Shown in pieces: positions 19,589-29,758 of a stretch of 64,000 nucleotides of DNA; position 1 is the stretch's first letter; each line of letters starts with the position of its first letter. Source of the stretch: Candidatus Eiseniibacteriota bacterium (GTDB lineage: Bacteria > Arandabacterota > Arandabacteria > Arandabacterales > Arandabacteraceae). Location: positions 32,001 through 96,000 of the forward strand of contig JBDRNT010000161.1 in NCBI GenBank assembly GCA_043810925.1. Direction: 5' to 3'. Below the pieces are notes generated by a model. That model saw only the letters and a list, made by a program, of their open reading frames with translations, was not told the DNA's origin and searched no databases. The translations under genes and the position numbers were made by a program.

Positions 19589-20065
19589 TTAAGGGGTTTT
19601 GAGGATGTTGTTGATGGCGGTGGCGACCTCGCGGCCGGCCGCTTCTATAGTTGGACTGAGCCCCTCTCCGACCTCCCTCCTCGCGGGCTGGATGGCCAGA
19701 AAAAAAGTCTGAGCCCCGGTCTCATGTTCTATGAAGTCGGTGAAGAGAGTCAGGATAGCATCGTGGGTCGACGCACCGCCGCCTGTAATCTCGCTCTTCT
19801 TGACAAGCCGTATCTCGCCCGCCGCACCACCGAACTCCGCCACGTCGATCACCACGACCTTCTCGGGCTTAAAACCCACGATAACGCCGAGGTAGTTCTC
19901 AGGGGTCTCGCCACAGTCGACAACGTGCACCGATTCCGACTCCTTGATCAGCCGGGAAATGAACGGTCCGACCCCATCATCCCCACACAGTTCGTTTCCC
20001 ACGCAGGCGATCACGACGGTACCGGTCAGCATATCGTTAAGGATGCTTTTATCCATCTGTATCAT
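19589..20065 (-). CDS. hycI: Hydrogenase maturation endopeptidase (HycI-like)
   Basis: GNELCGDDGVG, GETPENY, VIDVA, STH. Confidence 0.88.
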   Translation of the reverse strand: MIQMDKSILNDMLTGTVVIACVGNELCGDDGVGPFISRLIKESESVHVVDCGETPENYLGVIVGFKPEKVVVIDVAEFGGAAGEIRLVKKSEITGGGASTHDAILTLFTDFIEHETGAQTFFLAIQPARREVGEGLSPTIEAAGREVATAINNILKTP

Positions 20066-20228
20066 ATCCGGTCACGGTTTGTCCCCCGCTTAGCCCGGAG
20101 TGTTCATAAACCTCGTCGCGAGGTGCCGGAGATGTATCCAAAGATACGTCGAGGATCGACGAGCGAGTCTGACGCCGCTGGCACTGGCATATACGACACC
20201 GCAGCAGAGGCTTGATGAACACTCCGGG

Positions 20229-20837
20229 CTAAGCCTTGAGCTGAACCTCGCGCCTGCACTTGGAGCACAGCATCCGTACGACATCCTGCCTGCCGGTTTC
20301 GAGGTCTTTGTCACGGACAGGAACATCGCCCAGTACCTTCGCGTCCTTAAGGGCAGATAGGAAAAGCGTGGGATTTGAGTATGCCAGGGGTCCGAGTCGC
20401 TTCGAGACCCACTTTATATGGTCCGCGGTCGATATTATGGCGCCGCAGGCCTCGCACAACACAAGGTCCTTCTCGATGCTTGTCTTGGCCAGGCTTCTAT
20501 CAAAGTAGATGAGATCGAACTCGGGGGTCAGTTTGATCCCCTTCTCGGTTATACAGTTGGCCTCACACTGGCCGCACTGGATGCACTTATCATAGAAGAG
20601 CGTTATCGTACGCTTCTTGTTCTCGGCATCATCCGTAACCGTAATGTCGCCGGCGGGACAAACGAGGGAGCACCCACCGCATCCCACACACTCCTCCTCA
20701 TCGTACTTGGGCTTACCCCTGAACCTCTTCTGAGGCTCAAGTGCCTCCTTCGGAAACGGATGCGTATAGGGACCTGTAAAAAGCGCGGTAAGCGCTTCCT
20801 TCAAAAGCCGATATTGAAGTATGCCTGGTACCTTCAT
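20229..20837 (-). CDS. Hydrogenase 2x[4Fe-4S] subunit (NuoI/MbhN-like) with extra CxxC...CxxC extension
   Basis: FRGKP...CVGCGGCSLVCP...CIQCGQCEANC, CEACG...CSKCR; real start MKVPG after GGAGG. Confidence 0.88.
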   Translation of the reverse strand: MKVPGILQYRLLKEALTALFTGPYTHPFPKEALEPQKRFRGKPKYDEEECVGCGGCSLVCPAGDITVTDDAENKKRTITLFYDKCIQCGQCEANCITEKGIKLTPEFDLIYFDRSLAKTSIEKDLVLCEACGAIISTADHIKWVSKRLGPLAYSNPTLFLSALKDAKVLGDVPVRDKDLETGRQDVVRMLCSKCRREVQLKA

Positions 20838-21196
20838 CTCGCCTCCCCACGCTGTGCTTTGATCTCCTCCGCCCGTTCCTTGAACTTGTTGGTTACGCTC
20901 TTGTCCCAGAGGTTGACACCCGACAGGAATGATCCGCGTGCAAGCGCATGCGCCCCGGTCGGTGATGTCAGCACGATGAAGACCGCGCAGAGTATCGCCT
21001 TTATGGCAATCGCAGGCGTCGCTGTCACGACGGCGGTGCCGACAAGTATGAGTATCGTTCCCAGTGTGACGCACTTCGTGGCGGCCTGAAGTCTGTTGTA
21101 AACATCGGGAAATCTGACAAGACCCATGCAGCCGAAGAAATCGAAAATCGCACCAATCGTAATGAGGATATAGCCTACTATCGCATTGCTACTCAT
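20834..21196 (-). CDS. Mrp antiporter subunit G-like (MnhG/MbhC)
   Basis: GLVRFPDVYNRLQAATK, PTGAHALAR. Confidence 0.9.
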   Translation of the reverse strand: MSSNAIVGYILITIGAIFDFFGCMGLVRFPDVYNRLQAATKCVTLGTILILVGTAVVTATPAIAIKAILCAVFIVLTSPTGAHALARGSFLSGVNLWDKSVTNKFKERAEEIKAQRGEAR

Positions 21197-21452
21197 CGAA
21201 TCTCCTCCCCTCAAGATGCTTTGAGAGGGCAAGTGTACCTATGAAACTGACCAGTGCCCACGCTATGGCAAGGTTTATGTAGAAATCTTTGCGCAAGGCA
21301 ATCGCCGAGAGACAGACAAAGCCCACCACCACAGTCCCGAGAATATCGATAGCGACGGTCCTGTCCGAAGCGGTGGGGCCGTGGCCTATCCTGTACAGGC
21401 ACATGAAGCAGGCAGCCGCCAGAACGCTGGCGATGAAGTACATGAACATCAT
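21189..21452 (-). CDS. Mrp antiporter subunit F-like (MnhF/MbhB)
   Basis: GPTASDRTVAID, FIGTLALSK. Confidence 0.9.
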   Translation of the reverse strand: MMFMYFIASVLAAACFMCLYRIGHGPTASDRTVAIDILGTVVVGFVCLSAIALRKDFYINLAIAWALVSFIGTLALSKHLEGRRFDE

Positions 21453-21958
21453 TCGAATATCCTCCTCAGGACACCCTCGAACTTCGAGACTATGTGGCGC
21501 GTTGCCTCTTCAATGTCTTCGCTCTTGACATTGATCCAGTGGACGTAGAGGTATCCATCGTCGGTCATGTCAACGGTCATGGTACCCGGTGTCAGCGTGA
21601 TCGAGTTCGCGAGCATCGCGCGCCCTGCAGGATTCGTCAGTGTCGTTCTTACCTTGACGATGCCCGGGCGGATAGGCATATCCGGATGTATGACCCTGTA
21701 GAGAACATCCAGGTTGGCAATTATCACATACCAGGAGAACATCGGGACATAAACAGCCAGCCAGAACACACGCTTAAAGACGTCTGCGACGCCAAGCCTT
21801 CTCGGGATCTTGTCCCCCAGGAAGAGACCGACGAAGATGGCTACAATGATGCCCACCACTGTGCTCTGGATGTCCAGATCCCACGTCACGGGGTCAAAAG
21901 GCCACACCAGCAGGAACCATACTATGAATGAGAATACCGTCAGGGTTATCTTTCTCAA
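21449..21958 (-). CDS. Mrp antiporter subunit E-like (MnhE/MbhA)
   Basis: ANLDV, PGIVKV, LANSITLTPGT, LYVH. Confidence 0.9.
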   Translation of the reverse strand: MRKITLTVFSFIVWFLLVWPFDPVTWDLDIQSTVVGIIVAIFVGLFLGDKIPRRLGVADVFKRVFWLAVYVPMFSWYVIIANLDVLYRVIHPDMPIRPGIVKVRTTLTNPAGRAMLANSITLTPGTMTVDMTDDGYLYVHWINVKSEDIEEATRHIVSKFEGVLRRIFE

Positions 21959-21970
21959 GCCATCTCCCCC

Positions 21971-23452
21971 TTACATCCCTAAAACGCTCGATGCGTAGTT
22001 GAGTCCCTCCTGCAACACCTTTGCGGCCGGTATCAGGAGAGTATCCTTTGCCTGTGGCACCCAGAGGAAACCCATCACAACGCACAACACCGCAAGACAC
22101 ACCATCGAAATCTGCATGGAAACGGGCGCCTCTTTGGCATCGGCATAGGCTTCCTTCGGCTCTCCGAAGAACGCCCTCCGCTGGAGCCTCATGAATGCGG
22201 CAAGCGTGAGCACGCTGACACCCGCCGCCCAGGCGGCGAAACCGTACCTCTCTGCCTGTACTGCAGCCATGATTATTAGAAGCTTGCTCCAGAAACCGCT
22301 GAAAGGTGGTATGCCTGCAATCGACATGGAGCCGATGAGAGATGTCGTGCTTGTAACCGGCATCTTATCCCTCAGACCCCCCATCTTATTGAGATCCCTG
22401 GTCCCGGTCGAATACTCGATCGCACCGGAATTGAGGAACAGAAGTGACTTGAATACCGCGTGGTTTATCAGGTGGAAGAGTCCGGCCGCTATGGCAAAGC
22501 GCGTACCAATCCCTAATGCCAGCACTATGTAACCGACCTGGCTTATGCTTGAATAGGCAAGGAAGCGTTTGATATCGTCCTGTCCCATCGCAAGAAGCAC
22601 ACCGACCACCATCGATACCGTGCCCAGCACAAGAAGTATATATGACGTTAGCGGCGTCAAGCCGATCACGTTGAACATCACTCGGGCCAACGCATAAACA
22701 CCGATGGTCTTTATCAGCACCCCCGAAAGCATCGCCGATATCGGGGCCGGCGCGGACGGATGGGCATCAGGCAGCCAGGCATGGAAGGGAACGAGCGCAG
22801 CCTTGAGTCCGAAGCCGGAGATAAAGAGCGCGACTGCGAAAAGATGTATCGCCTTAAGATCGCCCCCTATGGTATTGGCAATCTGGGCCATGTTCAGGCT
22901 TCCGGTCATCGCGTACGTTATCGCTATTGCGAAGAGTATGGCCGTCGAGCCCACACTCCCGAGGATCAGGTACTTAAACGATGCCTCGAGCTCTTCATGC
23001 TGGCAGCCGAAGGCGACCAGTGCGTATGACGCTATGGAGGCTATTTCGAGAAAGACATAGAGATTAAACAGATCACCCGTCAAGGCGACGCCGTTCATCC
23101 CTGCCACCATCAGCAGGAAGAGACTGTAGAAGCGGGCTTTCGCCGTGAACTTGTCCATGTACTGGATCGAATACACGGTCACCAGGAAGGATATCAGGGT
23201 GATCGTTATGAGCATGAAGACCGAAACCGGATCCAGAACAAGGTTGATGCCCAGCGGCACACCGAGCCGTGGTACCCATCCACCCATCCAGTAGACTCCG
23301 GACTTCCCTAATACGGACAGCGCCATCAAGAGCAAGGCTAAGGTCGTTATGTTCGCAAGCGTATCAGAAAGCCGCGGGTTCTTCCTGCCTATCATCGGAA
23401 TAAAGAACGCCGCACCTAGCGGAATCGCAACAAACAGCGGAATGATCTGCAT
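21971..23452 (-). CDS. Mrp antiporter subunit D-like (MnhD/MbhH)
   Basis: GDLFNLYVFLEI, KAALVPFHAWLPDAH, KRFLAYSS, NHAVFKSLLF, GIPPFSGFWSK. Confidence 0.92.
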   Translation of the reverse strand: MQIIPLFVAIPLGAAFFIPMIGRKNPRLSDTLANITTLALLLMALSVLGKSGVYWMGGWVPRLGVPLGINLVLDPVSVFMLITITLISFLVTVYSIQYMDKFTAKARFYSLFLLMVAGMNGVALTGDLFNLYVFLEIASIASYALVAFGCQHEELEASFKYLILGSVGSTAILFAIAITYAMTGSLNMAQIANTIGGDLKAIHLFAVALFISGFGLKAALVPFHAWLPDAHPSAPAPISAMLSGVLIKTIGVYALARVMFNVIGLTPLTSYILLVLGTVSMVVGVLLAMGQDDIKRFLAYSSISQVGYIVLALGIGTRFAIAAGLFHLINHAVFKSLLFLNSGAIEYSTGTRDLNKMGGLRDKMPVTSTTSLIGSMSIAGIPPFSGFWSKLLIIMAAVQAERYGFAAWAAGVSVLTLAAFMRLQRRAFFGEPKEAYADAKEAPVSMQISMVCLAVLCVVMGFLWVPQAKDTLLIPAAKVLQEGLNYASSVLGM

Positions 23453-23464
23453 TACTTTTCGCCC

Positions 23465-23812
23465 CTAACCTTTGAGCTTCCTCATTTCCTTTATGTCGTA
23501 AGTACCGTATCTCTCGTAGAGTCTCATCGCGATGGCTATGGTCATGGCAGTGACCCCAAGCCCAATGACAATCGCTGTCAGCACAAGCGCCTGAGGCACC
23601 GGATCGACGGATGTCCGGATGAAGGCCTCCGTCTCCATCCCCTTGCTCATAATGGGAGCGATTCCGTCCTTGCGATATCCGATCATCACCAGGAACAGGT
23701 TGACTGCACTTTCCATGATGATGAGACTGATTATGATCTTTATGAGATTTCTCTTCACCATCACTCCATAGAACCCGACCATGAAGAGCACAAGGCAGAG
23801 TGCGTAATGCAT
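23465..23812 (-). CDS. Mrp antiporter subunit C-like (MnhC/MbhG)
   Basis: NLIKIII, DPVPQALVLTAIVIG. Confidence 0.92.
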   Translation of the reverse strand: MHYALCLVLFMVGFYGVMVKRNLIKIIISLIIMESAVNLFLVMIGYRKDGIAPIMSKGMETEAFIRTSVDPVPQALVLTAIVIGLGVTAMTIAIAMRLYERYGTYDIKEMRKLKG

Positions 23813-23825
23813 CCCAATCTCCTTA

Positions 23826-24305
23826 CTAAGGCTTCTCCCCCGGTTCCCTGTGTATGATCTTCGTCATCACCAGAAGGATGAACACAAGGAACACCGAGCT
23901 GGCCACCTTAAGAGCTATCGCAATATTGCACAGCGGAATCGTCCCGGCACTCAGGAGCGAGAACGGTTTACCTGGATTCGACTTCGCTATGAAGTTCGTG
24001 AAAAATGTCCCACCCAATCCGCCGGCGATCCCTAAGAGTGCGATCACCAGGAACATCAGCGCCCCCACGCTGTCCAGCTCCGAGGCGACATCGATACGAA
24101 ATCTCTTGAGCGCTTCTTCCTTACCGTAGGCGAGTGTGAGAAGCACGAAAACCATGGCTATTATCACACCGCCCGCGAACCCGCCGCCGGGAGTCAAGTG
24201 TCCATAGAGGACGATGTAAATGCCGAAGACAAGAATGAATCCCTTTACCCATCCTGTTATGGTCTTGACTATAGGGGTCATCCCGTTAGACATCATTCCC
24301 CCCAT
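23826..24305 (-). CDS. Mrp antiporter subunit B-like (MnhB/MbhF)
   Basis: GHLTPGGGFAGG. Confidence 0.9.
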   Translation of the reverse strand: MGGMMSNGMTPIVKTITGWVKGFILVFGIYIVLYGHLTPGGGFAGGVIIAMVFVLLTLAYGKEEALKRFRIDVASELDSVGALMFLVIALLGIAGGLGGTFFTNFIAKSNPGKPFSLLSAGTIPLCNIAIALKVASSVFLVFILLVMTKIIHREPGEKP

Positions 24306-24862
24306 TCTCCGGTTTCCGGATCGGAAGGTTTCTTGCGCGCCTTCCTGCGTATGACCGCGATCGCGCCGATTATCGCCGTGAAGAGCACCGTTGCCTCTCC
24401 AAGTGTGTCATAGGCCCTGTAATCCAGAAGTACCGCAGTTACGATATTGGCGGCCCCCGTTTCCTTGAGCCCGTTGGCGATGTAGAGTCTTGAAGGGGCA
24501 TCCATAATCCTCGTGATCACGGGTTCGCCGAATCGCGGCAGGTCGTCAAAAGCCCGTATCGCCGCGAGGAAGATCACTATCAACATCGCTATGCTAACCA
24601 TCATCCCGAAGAAATCGCGGTTGCCTACAAACGTCTTGAGACCCACCCTGAGCGTGGCCCGGATCAGTATCACAAGTACAAGCACCTCGACGACTATCGG
24701 CACTATCGCCACATCGGGCGCCCGCATGTAGAAGAACGCAATAATCAGTCCGAATCCGACTGCGGTCACAGATATGATCGCGGCCATGACATCCCGGGTT
24801 TCAATGGCAACTATTGCAGCGATTATCATGAACAGCAGCAATAGACCCATCATCTCAAGCAT
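24293..24862 (-). CDS. MbhD-MbhE-like fused membrane subunit
   Basis: APDVAI plus NIVTAVLLDYRAYDTLGE. Confidence 0.85.
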   Translation of the reverse strand: MLEMMGLLLLFMIIAAIVAIETRDVMAAIISVTAVGFGLIIAFFYMRAPDVAIVPIVVEVLVLVILIRATLRVGLKTFVGNRDFFGMMVSIAMLIVIFLAAIRAFDDLPRFGEPVITRIMDAPSRLYIANGLKETGAANIVTAVLLDYRAYDTLGEATVLFTAIIGAIAVIRRKARKKPSDPETGEWGE

Positions 24863-24866
24863 GTTT

Positions 24867-26690
24867 TCACCTCAGTAGGATGACTACCAGAATAAACATT
24901 CCCGCAAGCATCCATGTCAGATACTCAGGTAGAATGCCTGTATGAACACCCCTAAGCCCCTTCACGAAGTAGAATGAGATGTTCCTGCCGATATTGTAGG
25001 TATCGAATGCGCACTTCTCAGCCCACTTGTACATGCTGCTGAAGAAGCCCATGTCGCTCACGGTTTTGTAGAAGTCCGATCCGGTAAGCCTCTCATCAGC
25101 CCGCAGGAGCTCGCCACCCACATACATCGAATCGGGCCTCACCGCCTTCAGCCTCCCCGCGGAGTAAATGATAAGCCCGATCACGACACCGGCGACTATC
25201 ATCACTGTGGCAAGTCCGGGGCTCCACCAACCGAGCCACTGGCTTACGTTCGGAACGGAAAGCGATGCCACCTCTTCAACCGCCGGCAGGATGAAGCCAC
25301 TCAAGGGAATCGCGTAAGCGAAGATACCGAACGCCATGCAGAGTATGGCGAGCACCAGCATTGGAATGGCCATTGCCGGACCGACCCTTCCGGGTACCTT
25401 ACCACCCTTGGCTCTTACACCAAGGAACACGGTATGCAGCACCTTCATGAAACTTGCAAGCGTGAGCGCTGATCCGAACATGGCAGCCACGAGCCAGATC
25501 ACCCACAAGTGGCCGCCGTTTTTCCCCATCTCTATGATTCCCTGATACACCATCCACTTGGACACGAAACCGTTAAGCGGCGGGATCCCGGATATCGCCA
25601 GTGCGGCGACGAGGCAACTGAAGAAGGTAACGGGCATGTACTTGGCCAGACCGCCGAGTTTGTCGAGATCGGTCGTGCCCTCCTGCTGTTCCACCGCACC
25701 GCCTACGAGGAAGAGACAACCTTTGTAAATCGCATTGTTTATCATGTGGAAGAGCCCACCGGCGACCCCGATGGGGTTCAAGGTGGCGATCCCGAGCACC
25801 ATGTAGCCTACCTGGGAGACCGCGTGATAGCCCAGAAGGCGTTTGAGATCATGTTGTACAAGCGCCATCATCACTGCGGCAATGATGGTAAACGCCCCCA
25901 CTATGAGCAGGAGCAGCATCATCCCCGGCGTGAGATTGAAAAGATAGAGCGATATACGCGCCAGGAGATAGATACCCAGCAGTTTATCAACGGATGCCGG
26001 GAGAAACGCGGTCACAGAGGTTGGAGCGTGTTCCGCCACGTTCGGTATCCAGCTGTGGAACGGCATCGCCCCGGCCTTTGCAAAAGCTCCGCAGGCAAAT
26101 AGAATGAAGGCGAACACGCCCAATCCGGTTATGGTGGGTATCGATGGCTGTGTCAGGCTTGTAGAACCGGTCATGGCCCACACAATGCCCACCGCAAGTA
26201 CCAGAAGCGCATCGGTGCCTCCGACGATTACCATCGTCTTCTTGGCGGCACCCGAGGCCTTTGGCCCACCGACGCTGATCAGCATGTAGAGCGTGAGCCC
26301 GAGGAAGCCCCAGAACGCAAGGAGCACGATCATATCATTGGCAAGTACGGCGCCGTATGCGGCTCCCAGCGTGAAGAGCATATAGGCATAGTACTGCTTG
26401 AGATACTTCTTGCCTCTCATAAAGCCCAGCGAGTAGAGGATCATTATTAGGCCGAAGAAGCCGACCCACAGGAGTATGAACGATGAGAGGGTATCGAGCC
26501 TGAAGATGGTCCGCCCGAACCACACGCTCTCCAGCCATCCCTGGCGGAAGAGTGTTATCGTGAAGTAGAAGGTCACCGCGGACACAATCAGGGCGATACC
26601 TTCCTTGAGGCCCTTAAAGGCATCGGGAACAATCCGTACAATCGCCCCAGCCACCAGAGGTACCAGAATGGTGTAGCCGATTAGATCCAT
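24867..26690 (-). CDS. Large antiporter-like membrane subunit (NuoL/HyfB/MrpA-like) with C-terminal lateral-helix extension
   Basis: KAGAMPFHSWIP, DLKRLLGYH, LGGLAKYMP, GIPPLNGFVSKW, HTG..PEYL at the C-terminus. Confidence 0.88.
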   Translation of the reverse strand: MDLIGYTILVPLVAGAIVRIVPDAFKGLKEGIALIVSAVTFYFTITLFRQGWLESVWFGRTIFRLDTLSSFILLWVGFFGLIMILYSLGFMRGKKYLKQYYAYMLFTLGAAYGAVLANDMIVLLAFWGFLGLTLYMLISVGGPKASGAAKKTMVIVGGTDALLVLAVGIVWAMTGSTSLTQPSIPTITGLGVFAFILFACGAFAKAGAMPFHSWIPNVAEHAPTSVTAFLPASVDKLLGIYLLARISLYLFNLTPGMMLLLLIVGAFTIIAAVMMALVQHDLKRLLGYHAVSQVGYMVLGIATLNPIGVAGGLFHMINNAIYKGCLFLVGGAVEQQEGTTDLDKLGGLAKYMPVTFFSCLVAALAISGIPPLNGFVSKWMVYQGIIEMGKNGGHLWVIWLVAAMFGSALTLASFMKVLHTVFLGVRAKGGKVPGRVGPAMAIPMLVLAILCMAFGIFAYAIPLSGFILPAVEEVASLSVPNVSQWLGWWSPGLATVMIVAGVVIGLIIYSAGRLKAVRPDSMYVGGELLRADERLTGSDFYKTVSDMGFFSSMYKWAEKCAFDTYNIGRNISFYFVKGLRGVHTGILPEYLTWMLAGMFILVVILLR

Positions 26691-27904
26691 ATTCTATCCA
26701 TCCTCGAATTGTACTTCTCCATCAGCCTGTGGGTTTTCTCCTGCGACAACCTCAAGAGATCCTTCCATCCCATTACTTGCTTACCGCTGTTCGCGTCAAC
26801 GACCAGGGCCCTCTCGGTGCAGCAGTAACAGGGATCTATGGCAGCAAGTGTTATTGTGGCGTCTGAGACCGTGTAACCTATGACGGCGCGGTTATTGGTC
26901 GGCACGTTCATGAAGCTCGGAGCCCTTACTTTGTACCGTATGGGCCGGTTGGTGCCATCCGAGCGGGTATAATGGAAAACCTCGCCCCGGGGCGCCTCAT
27001 GGTGCCCAACACCCTCGCCTGGCGGGATCTCCTTAAGCTCGGCATCGATGCCGTCCCTGACCTCTCTCAGCTTCTCAAGACACTGCTTGCAGATCTTGAT
27101 GCACTCGACCATCTCAAGCACACGAACCACAACCTTATCGAACACATCCCCATTCTTGGTAACGACCACATCCCAGTCTACCAGGCCATAGGCTGCATAG
27201 GGGTGATCCCGCCTTACATCCCAGGGAACATCCGATGCTCTCGACGTTGGGCCAAGCGCACCGAGCTCAACACAGTCCTCTTTGGTGAGGACACCGACTC
27301 CCACTGTTCTCGCCTGGAGAACGGGATCGGAGAGAGCGATATCCCTGAACATGATCAAGGGCTTCATCAGACCATCAAGCAGCCTCATCGCCGTCGGGAT
27401 GTCCTCATCGGCAATGTCCCTTCGCACTCCGCCGGGTTTGAACATGGCGTAGTGGTTCCGGTTACCCGTTATCAACTCGAAGAGATCAAGCACAGGCTCC
27501 CTGTATTTCCACGCCCACATCCATACCGTGTTATAGCCCAGGAAGTGCCCGGCAAGCCCTAGCCAGAGCAGGTGCGAGTGTATCCGCTCGAGTTCACCGA
27601 TGAATGACCTTATGTACTTCACCCTTTCGGGGACATCGACATTAGCGACATCTTCGATGGCATTCACACAGGCAAATGGGTGTGATGAAGAGCAGATTCC
27701 GCAGATCCGTTCCACCAGGAACGGTATCTGATCGTAAGTAAGTCCCTCGGCGAGCTTCTCGATTCCCCTGTGGTTGTAGCCGATCTCGATTTCGAGCTTC
27801 ACAACCTTCTCGCCCTCCACGTGGAGCTTGAAAAACTCAGGCTCTTCCTGAAGAGGATGATATGGTCCTATGGGAATGATCTGGGTCTTATTCTTCGTTG
27901 CCAT
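26681..27904 (-). CDS. Group 4 [NiFe]-hydrogenase large subunit
   Basis: GPYHP..EEP, HRGIEK, ERICGICSSSH, EAPRGE, DPCYCCTER followed by a cleavable C-terminal tail. Confidence 0.92.
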   Translation of the reverse strand: MATKNKTQIIPIGPYHPLQEEPEFFKLHVEGEKVVKLEIEIGYNHRGIEKLAEGLTYDQIPFLVERICGICSSSHPFACVNAIEDVANVDVPERVKYIRSFIGELERIHSHLLWLGLAGHFLGYNTVWMWAWKYREPVLDLFELITGNRNHYAMFKPGGVRRDIADEDIPTAMRLLDGLMKPLIMFRDIALSDPVLQARTVGVGVLTKEDCVELGALGPTSRASDVPWDVRRDHPYAAYGLVDWDVVVTKNGDVFDKVVVRVLEMVECIKICKQCLEKLREVRDGIDAELKEIPPGEGVGHHEAPRGEVFHYTRSDGTNRPIRYKVRAPSFMNVPTNNRAVIGYTVSDATITLAAIDPCYCCTERALVVDANSGKQVMGWKDLLRLSQEKTHRLMEKYNSRMDRIWI

Positions 27905-28355
27905 TTTCCCCACCCCTCGAGTCTTTCCAGTCCCGCCTTAAGGGATAATTGCCCTCCGGCCAATCATCCGTAAGCAAAAGATGTCTCATATCAGGATGAT
28001 TCCTGAACTCTATGCCAAGGAGCTCGTGCATCTCCCTTTCTATCCACTCAGTAGCCGGAATCCTCTCCGCGCAGGATTCTATCGAAGGCTTTTCGATATC
28101 GAGTATCACCCGCAGATTGAGAATACGGTCGGCAGCGTCAAGTGCGAAGTGATACAAAATCTCAAAGCTATGAACCATATGCATACCCGTCGCGATCTGG
28201 AACCGCGCACCCAGGTCCTTGTATACATACTCAGCAACATCCGGAAGTTTCGCCGGATCAACCGTTATGTAAGTCCGGCGCGGTGTTTTCTCAAAGACCT
28301 CGACGATTGCACCGCCGAACTTCGCTTTTATCTTCTCAAGGACCTCATCCGCCAT
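27888..28355 (-). CDS. NuoC/MbhK-like subunit
   Basis: EWIEREMHELLGIEFRNHPD...YPLRRD. Confidence 0.9.
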   Translation of the reverse strand: MADEVLEKIKAKFGGAIVEVFEKTPRRTYITVDPAKLPDVAEYVYKDLGARFQIATGMHMVHSFEILYHFALDAADRILNLRVILDIEKPSIESCAERIPATEWIEREMHELLGIEFRNHPDMRHLLLTDDWPEGNYPLRRDWKDSRGGENGNEE

Positions 28356-28371
28356 GTTCTAACCCATCCTC

Positions 28372-28803
28372 CTATTTCTTGAGCGCCGCAAGTTGAGCCT
28401 GAATAAGCGCGACAACACCCTGGATCATAGCCTCCGGCTTCGGAGGACATCCTGCTAAGTAAGCATGGACCTCCGTAACCTCATCGAGGGGCATCATCTG
28501 GTTATAGGACTTCCCGAACATCTCCATCGAACATGCGCAGTTGCCGACGGCGATAACGAAACACGGCTGGGCAGCCTGGGCCAGTACCCGCTTTAGCCTC
28601 TCACGGACCTTGCGGTTCATCGACCCTGTAACAAGCACGACATCAGCATGTCTTATGCTCCCTACAAGCTGAATCCCGAACCTCTCGACGTCGAATCGCG
28701 GGGTCAGGAGATCGAGTATCTCGATGTCACAGTTGTTGCATGGACTTGCCGCCATATGGAATACCCATAACGACTTGGTCAGAGCTTTAATCTTCAGACT
28801 CAT
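28372..28803 (-). CDS. Hydrogenase small subunit (NuoB/MbhJ-like)
   Basis: CNNCDIE, RHADVVLVTG, VGNCA, GCPPKPE. Confidence 0.92.
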   Translation of the reverse strand: MSLKIKALTKSLWVFHMAASPCNNCDIEILDLLTPRFDVERFGIQLVGSIRHADVVLVTGSMNRKVRERLKRVLAQAAQPCFVIAVGNCACSMEMFGKSYNQMMPLDEVTEVHAYLAGCPPKPEAMIQGVVALIQAQLAALKK

Positions 28804-28813
28804 ACATCACTCC

Positions 28814-29749
28814 TCAAAGACCCAGAAACGCGAGTATCACGGCCAGTATCGCCAGTGGTGTCATTCTGGCCCAGAAGAACTTCATTATCTGGTCGATCCT
28901 GAGCCTCGGATTGGTGTTTCTCACAAGCGTTATGAAAAGCAGTATGCCTATATAGATCAAGACTGCGAACACGACATTGAGCCACGATTGCTGCCAGTTC
29001 ACGGCCCCGATGAAGAGCATCATGAGGAAGAAGGGAACCACAAACATCATCATCCACTGGGTTAGTTTAAAAAGACCCAGCGCGGCACCGGAATACTCGA
29101 TGTATGCGCCCGCCATAATCTCCGTCTCAGCCTCGGGCGCATCAAATGGGACTTTGGCAAGCTTGGCCTGCATGCATATGAGCCCGACCACAAAGGCAAT
29201 CACCCCCGACAACGAGCCGATCGCAGCGCCGCTCGTCGCCTGGTATTCAAGGATACCTCCCATCTTAATGGTGGCACCTGCCTTGATCACCGGAACGAGA
29301 ATCACAAGCAAAAACGGCAGCTCATAGGAAAGGATCATCTTCATCTCTCTCGACCCGCCCAGTGATGCAAGCGGGTTGGCCGATGCGAACGCACCCAGGA
29401 TCACCGCCTGCGACGGGATCGTGAGCAAATAGATCACGACTATGAGATCCCCGACGAATGTCTCTCCCGGAAATATCACCGTTCTCAGCATAATGGCGGA
29501 TACAACGGTCACTGCGGCGAGTCCGAAGAGGGGCGCGGCAAGAAACAGGAAGCGCGAACCTCCCTCGGGCACGACCACCTCCTTGGCAAGCAGCTTCACA
29601 AAATCATACAGCGGCTGGAAGAAAGGAGGTCCAACTCTCCATTGCACCCGTGCAGTGATCTTCCTGTCGAACCAGTGGGCAAACATACCGATCACCGCCG
29701 CCACGACAAAACCGCCAATCAGGAAACCAATGCCTTGAAGTAAGCTCAT
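28814..29749 (-). CDS. NuoH/MbhM-like membrane anchor subunit
   Basis: RKITARVQWRVGPP..QP.YD..KL, PFDAPEAETE, EYSG, PRLRIDQ. Confidence 0.92.
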   Translation of the reverse strand: MSLLQGIGFLIGGFVVAAVIGMFAHWFDRKITARVQWRVGPPFFQPLYDFVKLLAKEVVVPEGGSRFLFLAAPLFGLAAVTVVSAIMLRTVIFPGETFVGDLIVVIYLLTIPSQAVILGAFASANPLASLGGSREMKMILSYELPFLLVILVPVIKAGATIKMGGILEYQATSGAAIGSLSGVIAFVVGLICMQAKLAKVPFDAPEAETEIMAGAYIEYSGAALGLFKLTQWMMMFVVPFFLMMLFIGAVNWQQSWLNVVFAVLIYIGILLFITLVRNTNPRLRIDQIMKFFWARMTPLAILAVILAFLGL

Positions 29750-29758
29750 ATCACCCTA

